Of a DNA stretch of 64,000 bases, positions 50,667 to 62,645 are shown piece by piece. The DNA is from a virus (lineage: Duplodnaviria > Caudoviricetes), in the IMG/VR virus record IMGVR_UViG_3300013137_001132, positions 650 through 64,649 of that record, one strand, 5' to 3'. Position numbers and translations under genes: made by a program. Within the stretch, counting starts at the first letter, position 1; the number at the start of each line of letters is the position of its first letter. The notes beneath the pieces were generated by a model. It had not been told where the DNA came from. It searched no databases and saw nothing but the letters and a program-made list of their open reading frames with translations.

Positions 50667-52829
50667 GAGAAAGAAGATGAATGGATTGAAGGGGATAATT
50701 GAAGTGTTGCGCGAAGATGTCGGAGAAGATTTCGCCAACTCGTGTGACCACCCGTATGATTGCAAATGTGACTCGTGCCGTCAGTGGTGGCGTGACATGG
50801 GGCCTGACCCAGATACTGATGCTTACGGCCCGTTCACGAAAGAGGAGATTGAGGGGTAAGATGTACAAGAAGAACGTGGTAATTGAGAAGAGTTACGGCG
50901 CGACCCTAACTGTTCACATGGACAAGGGTGTTGCCGAGAAGGTGAAAGCGGCTCCGTGGACTGACGGTTGCTACCATCAATGGTGCGACGTGTACAGCGT
51001 GTACGCATGTCCACGCTACAACATCGAGGAGATCATCGCGCAAATTAAAGAGTGGGCGAATGGGAATACCACAGATTCCGTGACAAAAGATGCCGATGTA
51101 GTCTTGTGGCAGTCGGGCATTCCGCATACCTTCGGCTTGGTAGCTGACACGGACGCGGCACGCGAGATAGCCGATTGCCTATCTGGCAATGCGCGTTTGT
51201 CACCAGTGTACGCAACGCCGCGAAACTTCACCCTAGAGTCTCCTGGATGGTATTCAACGGCGGATGCCACCGGTGTCGTAGCCAAAAAGTGCGCGGAGCT
51301 TGGCCTATCGTTCAGGTATCAGCCTAAACAATAGCAATCCCGCTCGTGACGGCGAAAGCCATACGTATAGACGGCGGGTATTGCTAGGGGCGGCCGGTTG
51401 GATGAGACAACCATCGGGATTAAAACCGACGACCGCGTTTGAATCGCAACGCCCCGCTTGCCCCACGGGGGATAATTTGCCCAGGTCAGCAGGGCCAAGT
51501 TAGCTGACAAGTGCTGCGACCGAGACGGCGTTGACACCCAACCTCGGTAAATGGAGACAGGGGGCGTGCCGGGGTAACACGCCCCCACACAAATAGGAGA
51601 GTACCATGCACAACGCAGAAGGGGATGTTGCGCGGCTGTTACTGATCTTGTTCGTTGGCGTCATCGCAGTCATCGTCATTGCCGCGATGCTGTCTTACTA
51701 CGGCGTTACGCCATGAAAAAGCCTATCAAGTGCGTGTTCTGCGGGAAGGAACTGGGTTTCGGGCAACGGTTCATAAATGCCTGGTTAGGTGCATGGGAAT
51801 GCCATCCGCGTTGCCCCGAAGGTGAAGCGTGGCGTGCAGAGAACACCATTAAGGCGAAGGGATTCGTGTATCTGAAGTCAGACTGGGAGAAGATCAAGGA
51901 GCGGGAAGATGCTAAGCCGGCATAAACTGCGACTGACATACGGAGCGCGCGTGAAGCCAGACGCCGTAGAAACACTTGAGATTGTTCAATGCGACCCGTG
52001 GTCGATGGTAAAGCTTGGCGCTGTATACAGGGGGATGGGCCTGATGGCATACGGATTCTCAAAGCGACACTGGCGTGATGAACCTAGCGTAGAGGGTGAT
52101 CGACGCGCTCGTGGTCGGGCCGAAATCAGCCTTATGCGCCAGATGGAAAAGATGGATCGACAAGATGAAATCCCGTTCTAGGCGCATACGAATACAGAAA
52201 GGACTACCCATGCAAATCACATTATTGTCAATGGCAAAGGGCGGAGCGACAGAACTCATGATCGAGTGGGCTGCTGCTGGTAACGACATTCCGCCAGACG
52301 ACCGCGTAGACCTGACGCTCTACGATGACAGAACTCCCGATGCCGCGTGCCCGTTCATCTGCGTGAGCCTCAAGGAACTGCACGCCGCGGTGGTCGCTAT
52401 GTGGGAAGAACGAAAGGCGGAGAAGAATGGGCTGTGATGTCTACGATGTCGAAGGGACTCAGATACGATTCTCTGAGGATGACGGAACGGTCGGGTGTCT
52501 CTGTACGTTTCCACACAATGACGATGAAACAGTAAGCCTCGACAGGATTGAGTCGCTTGCCCTACTCGGAGCGGCGGTAGTTCTCCTACATCACGGCATC
52601 TTAACGGGGCCAGTCTACTTGCCCGTTGAACTGCCAGGCTGGATTCGTGCGGGTGTGGCAGATACCTTGTGGGGGAAGAAATGAACCGTAACCTGACAGT
52701 GAGCGTGCGGCTAACGCGAGAGGAATGGACAAGCTTGTGCCGCATCGCAGCGGAGAATGACATAACCTTGTCGGAGGTCGTACGCGCGGCAATCGCGCTG
52801 ATGAGAAGTCCTATCGCAGAGGTGAAGGG

Positions 52830-53273
52830 GTGAATGCGCTAATCATGGCTCTTCTCAAGAAAGAGGTAGAAGCGAACCGCCGCCTTGACGATGAGGGCCC
52901 GATGCAGACGCAATACGAAGGTATGGAGAACGTAGAGGAACCTCCTAAGAAGAAGCGCACGCGTGAGTGTGAACTTGAGTTCGAGACACAACGCGTTATT
53001 GCCGGGTTGCCAGAACCAGAGCACAACTATCTGTGGGATAAGCCTGATAGCAAGCGGCACGTAGACTATGCGTTTGTACCGGAGCGCGTAGCGGTTGAGG
53101 TGAATGAAGAAACGGCGCACGGAAAGTGGCGCAAACAGGAACAAGATGCCCGTAAGGGAATAGACCTGCTGCTGAGGGGATGGGTACTATTGCGGTTTAC
53201 GGGCACGATGCTAAAGAACGATCCTGGCTATTGCATGGATGCGCTGCGCAAAGTCCTAGAAGAAAGGTGGTAA
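52830..53273 (+). CDS. Vsr/DUF559-like nuclease
   Basis: PEHNY...HVDYAF...VAVEVN...DARKG...GWVLLRFT. Confidence 0.7.
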   Translation: MNALIMALLKKEVEANRRLDDEGPMQTQYEGMENVEEPPKKKRTRECELEFETQRVIAGLPEPEHNYLWDKPDSKRHVDYAFVPERVAVEVNEETAHGKWRKQEQDARKGIDLLLRGWVLLRFTGTMLKNDPGYCMDALRKVLEERW

Positions 53274-53277
53274 TGAT

Positions 53278-53679
53278 ATGCAGTCCTCAGAGGAACTTCA
53301 GTACGCAATCGTTAGCGCGGTCTACGCGCGGGGGTATGATGCGGGAGACGCGCCACGCCAGCTTGTGAAGATGCTCGAAGAGATCGCTGAACTCTCAGAG
53401 GCGTTTGATGTGGAAGCCCCGCGACTTGAGAAGCAGGCAGGATGCCTCTACTGCAATGTTGGCGCAATGGGTGAGGAGGCACGTGAGCTTTTCGATAGCA
53501 AAGAAGACTGCGGATTCGTGCGGGACGCCAACGCGGCAATCCATGAACTCAAGGACATGATGGTGACTGTATGCTGTCTGGCCCACGCGCTTGGAGTTGA
53601 CGACATCTTGGCGGAGGCGGCAACAAAGGCCGCACAAGACCTGAAGCGCGGTAGGAGGGGGGAGAATGAACATTCATAG
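53278..53679 (+). CDS. MazG-like nucleotide pyrophosphohydrolase
   Basis: QLVKMLEEIAEL...HELKDMMVT. Confidence 0.6.
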   Translation: MQSSEELQYAIVSAVYARGYDAGDAPRQLVKMLEEIAELSEAFDVEAPRLEKQAGCLYCNVGAMGEEARELFDSKEDCGFVRDANAAIHELKDMMVTVCCLAHALGVDDILAEAATKAAQDLKRGRRGENEHS

Positions 53680-55057
53680 GGTGCGAATAGGACACGCGTG
53701 CAATTCATCGTCGTCGCATAGCATTATCGTCGTCAAGGAAAGGCCGTACCAACTGGGGAGCCATGATTGCATGTCCTTCGGATGGGAGAGTTTTGTCCTC
53801 ACCGATAAGGACGCCAAGCGCCGCTACATGCTGGCGCAGTTGTATTCGGCGTTGCAAGGACATATCGGGGTAGATATGGCCGCTTATGTGGTAGCACAGA
53901 TGGCCGGCGAGAAGTACGCGGGGGATGAAATTGACATTGGCCTTGACCACCAGTCGTGCATCAACATCCCGCTTCGAGCAGATGCATGGGGCCGGCGGAA
54001 TCAGTTGAATTACGCGTTCTGGTCTGAGCTATACGATTTCGTCATGCGCGATGACGTGGTGATCGTCGGCGGGAACGACAATGAACCCGAAAGTAAGCCC
54101 GTGGTCGAGGGACGCGAGTTCATTATCCCGATGCTCACTGATGCACCGAACGGCATTCTGGCGCGGCACGATGCGTTGGGATTCTGGTCACTCTATGATC
54201 CGTCCAGTGGAAGTAAGATGTGGTTCAGCATGGGCGGGGATAGGCAATTCACCTACACCAGCGTGCCAGAGCTTGTGGACATCAAGATCACTGACTACTG
54301 CAAGTATGGGTGCCCGTTCTGTTATCAAGATAGTTCTGATAAGGGTAAGCCCGCGTCATTCAAAGACATCGAGACCATCGCGAGAGAACTCGCCCATATC
54401 GGCACATACGAAGTGGCAATCGGAGGCGGAGAACCCACTACTCATCCAGACTTCATCAGTATACTCAAGGAGTTCAGGCACAATGGCATCACTCCCAACG
54501 TGACAACTAACAACCCGAAAGTGCTCGACAATGCCGAGGTTGTGTCTCTCGTGGGGCGTATCGCCTTGTCCGTTAGTGGTTACACACGGGGCGCCGCATG
54601 TTCATTGGCGTCGAGAGAGGACAAGCTCGCCTTTCAGGTGGTCGATCAGACGGTGGATGATTACGCGGTCGGCGGTATCATCGCGGTGGCGAACGCGCTA
54701 CACATCCCGATTACGTTCTTGGGACTGAAAACATCGGGGCGCGGTGCAAAGTACAGACCGTTGAAATACGACGTGGGCCTTGCTCCGTATATGGCATCTG
54801 TTCGTCGCCTGTCCGTAGACACGGTGTTCGCCAAGCAATACGCGTCGGAAATTGCGGGCCTGAAAGTCAGCCCCAAGCTGTTTGCCACAGAAGATGGCAT
54901 GGACTCCATGTACATCGACGCCGTTGCGATGACGGCGCGTAAGAATAGCTATGAGCCAGGAACGGAATATAAGCTGCAAGGTACCATCGACATCAAAGCC
55001 GTGTTCGCGCAAATACACAACGAAATGGGATTGACATATGCCGACGGAACAGACTAG
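53666..55057 (+). CDS. Radical SAM protein fused to an N-terminal NSSSSHS domain
   Basis: RIGHACNSSSSHS; ELVDIKITDYCKYGCPFCYQDS; GGGEPTTHPDF. Confidence 0.85.
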   Translation: MNIHRVRIGHACNSSSSHSIIVVKERPYQLGSHDCMSFGWESFVLTDKDAKRRYMLAQLYSALQGHIGVDMAAYVVAQMAGEKYAGDEIDIGLDHQSCINIPLRADAWGRRNQLNYAFWSELYDFVMRDDVVIVGGNDNEPESKPVVEGREFIIPMLTDAPNGILARHDALGFWSLYDPSSGSKMWFSMGGDRQFTYTSVPELVDIKITDYCKYGCPFCYQDSSDKGKPASFKDIETIARELAHIGTYEVAIGGGEPTTHPDFISILKEFRHNGITPNVTTNNPKVLDNAEVVSLVGRIALSVSGYTRGAACSLASREDKLAFQVVDQTVDDYAVGGIIAVANALHIPITFLGLKTSGRGAKYRPLKYDVGLAPYMASVRRLSVDTVFAKQYASEIAGLKVSPKLFATEDGMDSMYIDAVAMTARKNSYEPGTEYKLQGTIDIKAVFAQIHNEMGLTYADGTD

Positions 55058-55556
55058 TTTCGAGGAACGGCTAGAAACCAATCGCCGTAGCCCGCTGTGG
55101 GGCTGGCACACTTCAACGGAACACTGTAGGGAGGGAGAGGGATGGTAATGGGGCGCAACCTTATCGTCGAAGCGGTGAAAGAACGGTATCTGCAAGGCGA
55201 GCCGGCGCACGAGTTGGCATGGCAGATCATAAAGATGACCGAAGGGATCTATAGGGCGGGGGCCGGAGTTGATGCGGATTGGTGCATGCACGACGATGAT
55301 CTGCTTTCGCTGTGGTGGAATGATCTCTTTGATGCCGCCCAGAGTGCCATTGACCTTTTCGATAATGATACCCACTATGGGGACATCACCGTGCAAAAGC
55401 GCGATATCCCCGCAGTGCGTTCCGAACTTATCGACGTCGCGGTGGTGCTGGCCTGCGCGTGGGAGTTGTGTCGGCAGATCGACGGCGACGAGACATTGCT
55501 GGACGTGGCAGCGCTGGCGAAGGCGCGGGGGGATGTCGAGAGGGGGATGCGGGGCG

Positions 55557-55751
55557 ATGGGAACGAGTAAGATCGAGTGGCTGGCCGGGTCGGATGGGAA
55601 GCCCGGCATGGTCTGGAATCCGACAACCGGCTGCACGAAGATCAGCCCCGGCTGCAAAAACTGCTATGCCGCGCGCATGGCGAGGCGGCTGGCGGGACGA
55701 TATGGCTATCCGGCCGGCGACATCCCGGAGGGAGAGAGAGTGAGAGAATGA
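55557..55751 (+). pseudogene. Truncated DUF5131 (gp37/gp68 radical-SAM-like) gene
   Basis: SKIEW...[19 protein letters not shown] then a stop after 64 aa. Confidence 0.75.
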
Positions 55752-56851
55752 TAAACGAGTTACATGTCTACGGGCAGGGCGCTCCACATGATGATGTGGT
55801 AATCGTGGGGACGCTTGAAGCATTTGATGCGCTACGCGTAGCACTTAGGCGGTTCTTTTTGACGGGCGTGAATGTGCCGGGATTCTTCACGGCAGATGGC
55901 GAGGGCTATGTGGTCAAATTGCGCTGCGTGGATGGGGCCACACTGGATACGCTCCCGGCCACATACACCGATGATGCCTTTGAGACGCGGGGAGAAGATC
56001 CGCGCTGGGGCGTGTTCGCGCAATTGGTGGACATGTTTTCGTGACGCGCTACGACTCCGCGACTGTCGAGACCGAGGTGCCAGCGCGCGCTGGAGGAGAA
56101 CATGCGAGTGTGCCGATGTGAGGCGGCGATGCCGCACGCCGCGCCGGTGGTCGTGGCGGGAGAGTTGATCGTGATGAGGGTGGAGGATTGGAGGGGGACA
56201 GAATGAAATGGTATTGGAAGTTGGCGGTGGTTTCGGGCGCGGTGTTGTGGGCAATGCTCTGGTATTGGGCTGGCGCGGCAGATGGCTTGCGGGAGGCGCG
56301 GCTGGCAGACGGTACATCGCCAGCCGCCGTGACGCCGGACGCGCTTGCGACCGCTATCAACGTCGCGGTGCGGACGCCGTACCCGACACCGACGCCGCAG
56401 ACTGAGCCACGGCGCGTGGTGCGGTCGATCTATAGCGAGAAGGGGGTATTTGGTTGTAGCGGGTGGGTATGGACAATTGTCCCTCTACCCACAGATGACA
56501 AGTTCATGCGTCCCTTCCGCATGTTGAAGCGCGAGTATCCCCCCGATTTTGTCGGCGAGGGGTATCAATACTACGTGTCGAGCAACCCCTTGTGGGACTG
56601 TAGCGCGATGAAGCGCGCGATTGAGGAGGCAACACGGTGACACCTGAACAAATCCTGATGGCGTGGCTGCGCGAGGGCGGGTGGAGGCCAGGAGTATTGA
56701 ACATGTCGTGGACATCCTATCCGCACGAGAATTTGTCTCTACTCGATGCCTGTGAGATTCAGGGCTATCGAGAGCGCGGCTGGCCGATAGCAGAGAGCAT
56801 ACAAGCCATTGTCCGCGCTGTTAGCGCCCCTCGCGATGCAGAAGAATAGCG

Positions 56852-57517
56852 ATGGCTGGTATAATCTGGACGAAGACGCCCGATGGATTGTTGTGCCCAC
56901 ACTACGCTGACAACATAGACGGCCTTACCGCTAAGTATCCTGGCGTACCAGAGATGGGCTTGGACTGGACGCTAGACACGTTTCCGGGAGATAGAGCGGC
57001 ACTAGAAAAGACGCGGGCACTTCTGGATAGCGATAGGTGGGTTCTACTCAACGGGAACTACGGAACCGGTAAGACTGGACTGGCAGTGTGCATCTACAGG
57101 GATGCGATAGATAGACTCGTCGCGAAATATGGCGAGGCAGCCGTCATCATAGGATACTACGAGAACAACCAACACGTGTTGATTGACGAGCCGCAGTTCT
57201 GGAACGTCGATGAACTCCTGTCGCAACACGCGAAGTCATGGCACAACGAAGACCTGATCGACCCGCTAGAGAGACTTAAGACGCGCTGTCCCCTGTTAGT
57301 CCTGGATGGGGTCGGAGAGACGACTTACCCCGACACCCTCAGAGACGACTTGGCACAACTGATCGGGCAACGTTACACGCGATGGAGAACACTGAGAACC
57401 GTGATGACAAGTAACTGGCGATTGCCCGACTTCAGCACGAAGTTGGGGGATTGGTCTGCAAGTAGGCTGAAGGACGTGTGCGAAGTCATTACACCCAGAG
57501 AAAGGTTGAGGAAATGA
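56852..57517 (+). CDS. DnaC/IstB-like AAA+ helicase loader
   Basis: GNYGTGKT, LLVLDGVG, RY...TVMTSN, SRL. Confidence 0.8.
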   Translation: MAGIIWTKTPDGLLCPHYADNIDGLTAKYPGVPEMGLDWTLDTFPGDRAALEKTRALLDSDRWVLLNGNYGTGKTGLAVCIYRDAIDRLVAKYGEAAVIIGYYENNQHVLIDEPQFWNVDELLSQHAKSWHNEDLIDPLERLKTRCPLLVLDGVGETTYPDTLRDDLAQLIGQRYTRWRTLRTVMTSNWRLPDFSTKLGDWSASRLKDVCEVITPRERLRK

Positions 57518-58617
57518 AAGCGTGCAAGGCGTGCCAGCATAGCACATACCAGCCCGGCCCAACGTTCATGGCTGACTTGTGGATATGCGAGGTGTATGGA
57601 GATGAAGATGGCGTGCTTGTAGCCGGAGATGAGTATTGCGATAGCTACGAAGAGCGGGAGGAGTAATGCCACGCGGGGGAGAGCGCGCGCGCTGGACACA
57701 AGAAGAAGTCGATCTGGCACGCGAGCTATATAAGACGATGGGCCCGGATGAGATCGCGGTGCAGATGGGACGCGGGCGTTCGTTCGTGGCGAAGGTCGTA
57801 GCGGGGTACACGCCGCCGTATCTGCTAGAGGAAGACGATGAAGTGAGACTGACGCCGTTTAATCTGTTGGCACCGAGGGCACAAGCATATCTCAGGAGGA
57901 TGCTGGAATGGTAGACGAACTACAGGCAAAAGTCGAAGGGTTGAGGAAGGCACGGGCGGTATTGGCTCGCCGCGTGGAGGATGCGGCTGAAGTGAAGGCC
58001 GGGCTTGAGGCGACATTTGAGTGGAGGGCCAACGAAGCCTGCAACTACGAAGTTAGTGTCGCCAAGCAAGAGGTTGAAAATTACGAGGCTGACGTGCGGG
58101 ACTGTGCATTAGCGATGCACGCGGAGACCGGCAACACAAAGTTCGCTGGCGTAGCGATCAAGATGATGACGAGGCTCATCTACAGCGCCGAAAGGGCAAC
58201 GGAATGGGCGCGGGTCTACGCGCCGGCAATGATGATCTTGGACAAGAAGTCCTTTGAGGCGGCGGCGAAGTCTGGTGCCATGCAGATGCCGGTAGAGTTG
58301 TGGAAGGAGCCGCATGTGTACATTGACAAAGACTTGGGCGAAGTAGCGGGGTAGAGATATGAAAGGGGAACCGATGACTGAGAAAGAGATCAGGGAAGAG
58401 ATTGCAGCTTTTCTAGAAGAAATAAGAGAAACCGTTACCAATGTTCTTCTTCTTGGCACTGACGGTTTCTTTCTCAGGACTGGGAAACTCAGCGAGGGCG
58501 GGTTCCTTGACAACGTGGACGTAGACCTATTTCTTCAATTAGCAAACTCCTCCGGGCTAGACTGGACGCGCGACGAGATTCTTGAGTTGACGGGATGGAA
58601 GTTGCGATAGACGCAGA

Positions 58618-58641
58618 ACGCCCCTGATTTCTCAGGGGCGT
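58618..58641. terminator. Hairpin between convergent operons
   Basis: ACGCCCCTGA-TTTC-TCAGGGGCGT; no U tract. Confidence 0.55.
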
Positions 58642-58647
58642 CGGTGA

Positions 58648-58959
58648 CTACTGCGGCGGGGTGACTACATTCTCTTTCTTGCTCACAGCGTCAATGATAG
58701 CGTGAATAACCTGCGAGCCAGAGCCGAACGCGACGGCTGTGACGATCTGGCCGGCGACTGGCGCAAGGCCGAAGATCGGCAGCATGTTGAGTCCAGTCAG
58801 TCCGCCCAGGACAGAGCCGATCACGAGGTATACGAGTCGCTTCAAGTTGGGGTTGACGCCGCCAGGAATGAGCGCGATAATCGGCTCACCGACGGCCTCA
58901 AGCAGGCGCTCGATAACAAGCGCACCAATCAACACGATAGAGAGAGCATCCCAGTTCAT
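58648..58959 (-). CDS. Holin-like membrane protein
   Basis: ~103 aa with several TM segments in the lysis region. Confidence 0.6.
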   Translation of the reverse strand: MNWDALSIVLIGALVIERLLEAVGEPIIALIPGGVNPNLKRLVYLVIGSVLGGLTGLNMLPIFGLAPVAGQIVTAVAFGSGSQVIHAIIDAVSKKENVVTPPQ

Positions 58960-59142
58960 TATAGTTATCCTTTCACATTGGGGGTTCACTTGAAAATAGA
59001 CACGATTCTGGCGGCTCACCATTCTCAATGGGAGCGCCCTTGACGATGAGCGGCAGGCTAACCTTGATGCGACGATAATGCGTGGCGATGCCGTTCTCGG
59101 TAAGGGTAAGGGTATCGCCGCGACGCCCAAGAAATACATCGC

Positions 59143-59754
59143 TCATCTAGCGAAGAAGAAGCCTACAATGATGTCGATAAGTGAGGGCTTGGTGTCCTTC
59201 CAGACCCCGAAGAACGACCAATGGTTGTTCAGGGGCATCCCAAGACCCACTAGCACGTCACCATTGAGCGGATACCAGATGTATGGCCCCTGTCCATTAG
59301 CGGGGTTCCAGTTTTGTCCCGCCATAGGCAAATTGGCCCACCCGTCAGCTTCGGGGGTTCTCGATGCGACACCGCCATTCTGCATCACGAAGGTCTTGTT
59401 GAGAACATTACCGCTCGCATCCAGGCAGCGCCCAAAGACATGGTGATCGCCACCGAGCGTATCAAGTTGCCACTGATGCGCCCAATCTGGGACGTCCCAA
59501 GAGCCATTCTGGGTCACCCAGGCGGCGATAAGTTTATACCGCGCTCCATCGACGCGCTTGACCGTAACGCCGATACTATCCAGCTTGCTATCCCACAAGA
59601 TTGAGACTGGCGTTGCAGTAGCCGGAGGGTAGGTCGGGGTTGCTGTGGGCTGAATCGTGGCGCATGGCGTACACGGCGGGCCGATGGTGATGGTACACGC
59701 GACAAGCGCAATGCAGATAATGGACAAAAACGCGATATTACGGAAGCGAATCAT
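59143..59754 (-). CDS. Lipoprotein
   Basis: MIRFRNIAFLSIICIALVAC lipobox, PTATP linker. Confidence 0.55.
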   Translation of the reverse strand: MIRFRNIAFLSIICIALVACTITIGPPCTPCATIQPTATPTYPPATATPVSILWDSKLDSIGVTVKRVDGARYKLIAAWVTQNGSWDVPDWAHQWQLDTLGGDHHVFGRCLDASGNVLNKTFVMQNGGVASRTPEADGWANLPMAGQNWNPANGQGPYIWYPLNGDVLVGLGMPLNNHWSFFGVWKDTKPSLIDIIVGFFFAR

Positions 59755-59925
59755 AGAGAACTCCTGTGTGCAGTTAGTTAAGAAAAGTGTAACGAATTGC
59801 TCACAAAGTATTGACATTCACACGGGGATGTGATATACTAAAGATGTCACAGTTAAGTCGGCTACGGCTGACACCGGGGGGCCTCGCGAGGCCCCCTATT
59901 ATAATTCTGGTACAAGGGGAGGGCG

Positions 59926-60381
59926 ATGAGAAAACACGAGAAAATAGAAGATGGTTTCTGGGAAAAGGTGACAAAAACGCCAGATTGTTGGGTGTGGCAC
60001 GGCTCACAAAATAAGCAAGGATATGGTAACTTCTGGTATTCTGGTAAATGCTTGAAGGCGCACAGGGCGTCATGGATGATGGCGTATGGAGAGATACCAT
60101 CCGGCCTAGATGTGTTGCATAAGTGTGATAATCCGGCGTGTGTAAGGCCAGAACACCTATTCTTGGGTACGGATGTAGATAATGCTAATGATAGATCGCG
60201 CAAGGGCAGGTCTAAGCCGAGAAAAGGAGAGACAAACGGAAACGCAAAACTCACCGAACAAGATGTGGCTGAGATTCGCAGCATTGGCGGTAACAGACAT
60301 GCCCTTGCTAAGAAATATGGGGTTTCAGATAGTCTCATTAGTCATGTGATAAACAGAAGGATATGGAGGCACGTGCCATAG
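59926..60381 (+). CDS. HNH homing endonuclease with its own promoter (TTGACA-N17-TATACT at about 59812-59840)
   Basis: CWVW...GYG...AHRAS...VLHKCDNPACVRPEHLFLGT...N, C-terminal HTH. Confidence 0.9.
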   Translation: MRKHEKIEDGFWEKVTKTPDCWVWHGSQNKQGYGNFWYSGKCLKAHRASWMMAYGEIPSGLDVLHKCDNPACVRPEHLFLGTDVDNANDRSRKGRSKPRKGETNGNAKLTEQDVAEIRSIGGNRHALAKKYGVSDSLISHVINRRIWRHVP

Positions 60382-60390
60382 CACGACATA

Positions 60391-60888
60391 TTACAATGCA
60401 TTCTTTCTTCTGTATACATAAAAACTGAGCACATCCCGCGCGGGGTTAGCCATCGGGCGCACTTCACCGAACCACGGGTCGATACACTGGTCGTTTTCAA
60501 TCATTAGGACGTAGTGCTCCCTTTTGTCATTACGCACGCCCCGCCAATCATCTACCTTGCAGATAACAGGACGACCCTCTTCGATATGCTTATGGAGCTT
60601 GTCCATTGGAGCAGGCTCATCGAAGCATGTACCAGAGTCATAGACCGTGATGGGAGCCACGCGGCCGACGGCGAACCAGGCAAAGAGGTTCTTCTGTTCG
60701 TATCCGCCAACATATTCCAAGAGCACATCTAGCTCATTCGGCCACAAGTCTGCGCCAAAGTAGTTGGCAACCATCGTGATAACGGTCAGCAGGCACCCGG
60801 CCTCTCCGATGGTAAGGTTGCTTGTACCAAGAAGGCGCTCGGCCCACTTGGGATCACGCTGCGAAAGGGGAGTTATGTTCATGCTCAA
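60391..60888 (-). CDS. Peptidase C39-like protein (putative endolysin)
   Basis: SQRDPKW...TIGEAGC...HYVL...DPW. Confidence 0.8.
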   Translation of the reverse strand: MSMNITPLSQRDPKWAERLLGTSNLTIGEAGCLLTVITMVANYFGADLWPNELDVLLEYVGGYEQKNLFAWFAVGRVAPITVYDSGTCFDEPAPMDKLHKHIEEGRPVICKVDDWRGVRNDKREHYVLMIENDQCIDPWFGEVRPMANPARDVLSFYVYRRKNAL

Positions 60889-60990
60889 ATCTCCACATGA
60901 ATAGGGTTGCTGTCTGCTCCAGGGGTAATGATAATCTTGGCCCTATAGTCAACCGCTCTACCAATATCGCCCGTTGCAAGGCATCATTGA

Positions 60991-61917
60991 CTAAATCCAC
61001 ATTGACCAGTCCGTATGCTCTAACGAGAGGGCGTGCCCGTATCCATTACGAATCACTACAAAGCCCGCGCACCAAGCGGGGTGTCTGGTCGTGTTCTCCA
61101 CCTTGTACAATGTCCTGGTCACATCGCGGCAGTGGCCCCCATCGAGTGCCGAGTGTCTCCCATCCTTCGTTATCGAGAATGACAGCAGGTGCGTATGCGC
61201 GGCGACTACGTTGACGTTCTCTATCTCGGCGATGTCCCTTGCCAAAGCACCCGGAACCTTGCTGTAGTTCTTGGGGTGACAGATAAGCCATTCTTGCTTG
61301 TTGCTCGTGAGGTACATACGAGAGTACGGGGTAGTGACTACGCCAGGGAGGTCGCTCAAGAGAAAGTCGGCAGTAAACTCACCGCGCGTGCCCCATCGCA
61401 ACCGTCGGCAATGGTTTCCACTAACGACATAGATATGCGAGAACCAGTCTGCTAGAGACGTGATGACCTTGCGGGCTAGTTGCACGTCCTCTTGTGCGGT
61501 AGTAGCCGGCGATCTAGCTCCAATGGGATGATTACTCAACCCATCTGCCGCGACGGTATCTCCATTGATGATAAGCGTCTTGATGCCCTGCTTCTTGCCA
61601 ACGGCACGAGCAAGTTCTAGCACTTCAGCGGAATGATCCGGTATTTCCAGATCGCCAACGATTAGGGCGTTGCCCTTGATCCTGAGAAGTTCCAGGGTAT
61701 ATTGGGGGGTCTGACTGATAGGAATGGGCGGGGGAAGGTGCTGTGCCCTGTAGCGGATACGTCTCTCGGTACTCGTAGAGTGCTCTAGGTCAAGTGCTTC
61801 GTAGTCTACACCACCGTAACTGGCCGTAAGGTACTGCGCGACCGCCGTATCCTTCTCTTCTTCCGTTAGGTCGCCCCACGATCTAGGCAAACTTTTCCTC
61901 CATGATAGTCTACGCAA
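60991..61917 (-). CDS. Calcineurin-like metallophosphoesterase
   Basis: GDLE, INGD, GNH, CH, AHTH; promoter TTGACT-N17-TATACT at 61941-61969. Confidence 0.8.
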   Translation of the reverse strand: MRRLSWRKSLPRSWGDLTEEEKDTAVAQYLTASYGGVDYEALDLEHSTSTERRIRYRAQHLPPPIPISQTPQYTLELLRIKGNALIVGDLEIPDHSAEVLELARAVGKKQGIKTLIINGDTVAADGLSNHPIGARSPATTAQEDVQLARKVITSLADWFSHIYVVSGNHCRRLRWGTRGEFTADFLLSDLPGVVTTPYSRMYLTSNKQEWLICHPKNYSKVPGALARDIAEIENVNVVAAHTHLLSFSITKDGRHSALDGGHCRDVTRTLYKVENTTRHPAWCAGFVVIRNGYGHALSLEHTDWSMWI

Positions 61918-61973
61918 CGATAGTAACGCTACACGCTATCAGTATAGCATAGACCCATGCAAAAGTCAATAGG

Positions 61974-62645
61974 TTATGTCGAACCCAGAAACTTGGAGAG
62001 CAAATACGCCAAACTGATGAACACGAAAAGGTGAGCCAGCGTAAGCCAGTCACGGAACGCGGGCGCGTAGCCAGGAAAGACTTGCCGGATGTAGTTGTGC
62101 AGCGCCATCCCCAAGTTATTCACGAACACGGCCAGCAGAATCAAGCCTACAGATGTTTTGACCTCATCGTTGCGAGCGCGTCGAAAGAAGATGATTGCGG
62201 CGACTGCGGCAAGGAGTGTGTTGACGACGAGCAGCGCGCCGCCGATGGTGTCTGCGATCATATCTACTCCTTCATGGCTTCCTTAACCTTGCTCACCACT
62301 GAGTTCGCGAACAGTTCGCTACATGCCCTTACTTCTGTGGAAAAGTCCGCGATTTCTTGGAACAACCGTTTACGCGCGGCCCTCCAATCTGTCATTATGC
62401 TCTCGTCGCGACCAGTAATCTTAGTAATCGTGCTCATTCTTTAACACCTTGCAGAACATCTCTTTCAGGTCTTTCATCGCCTCCGCGTACTGAAGCATCG
62501 CCGCCGTATTCTCTTTGATGATCTCCGTCCGCTCCTTCGAGTCCTCCCGCAACGCCTTCCACAGCTTCGCTTCCAGGTACAGGAGCACGATGATTACCAG
62601 TCCGAGTGCTCCCGTGTCGATTAGGCTCTTGATTGTCGCGTCCAC
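61974..62645 (-). CDS. Small membrane proteins (holin-like; 61974..62261 and 62421..62645)
   Basis: TM helices; 62421..62645 has a TM plus coiled-coil layout like BhlA/UviB holins. Confidence 0.45.
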
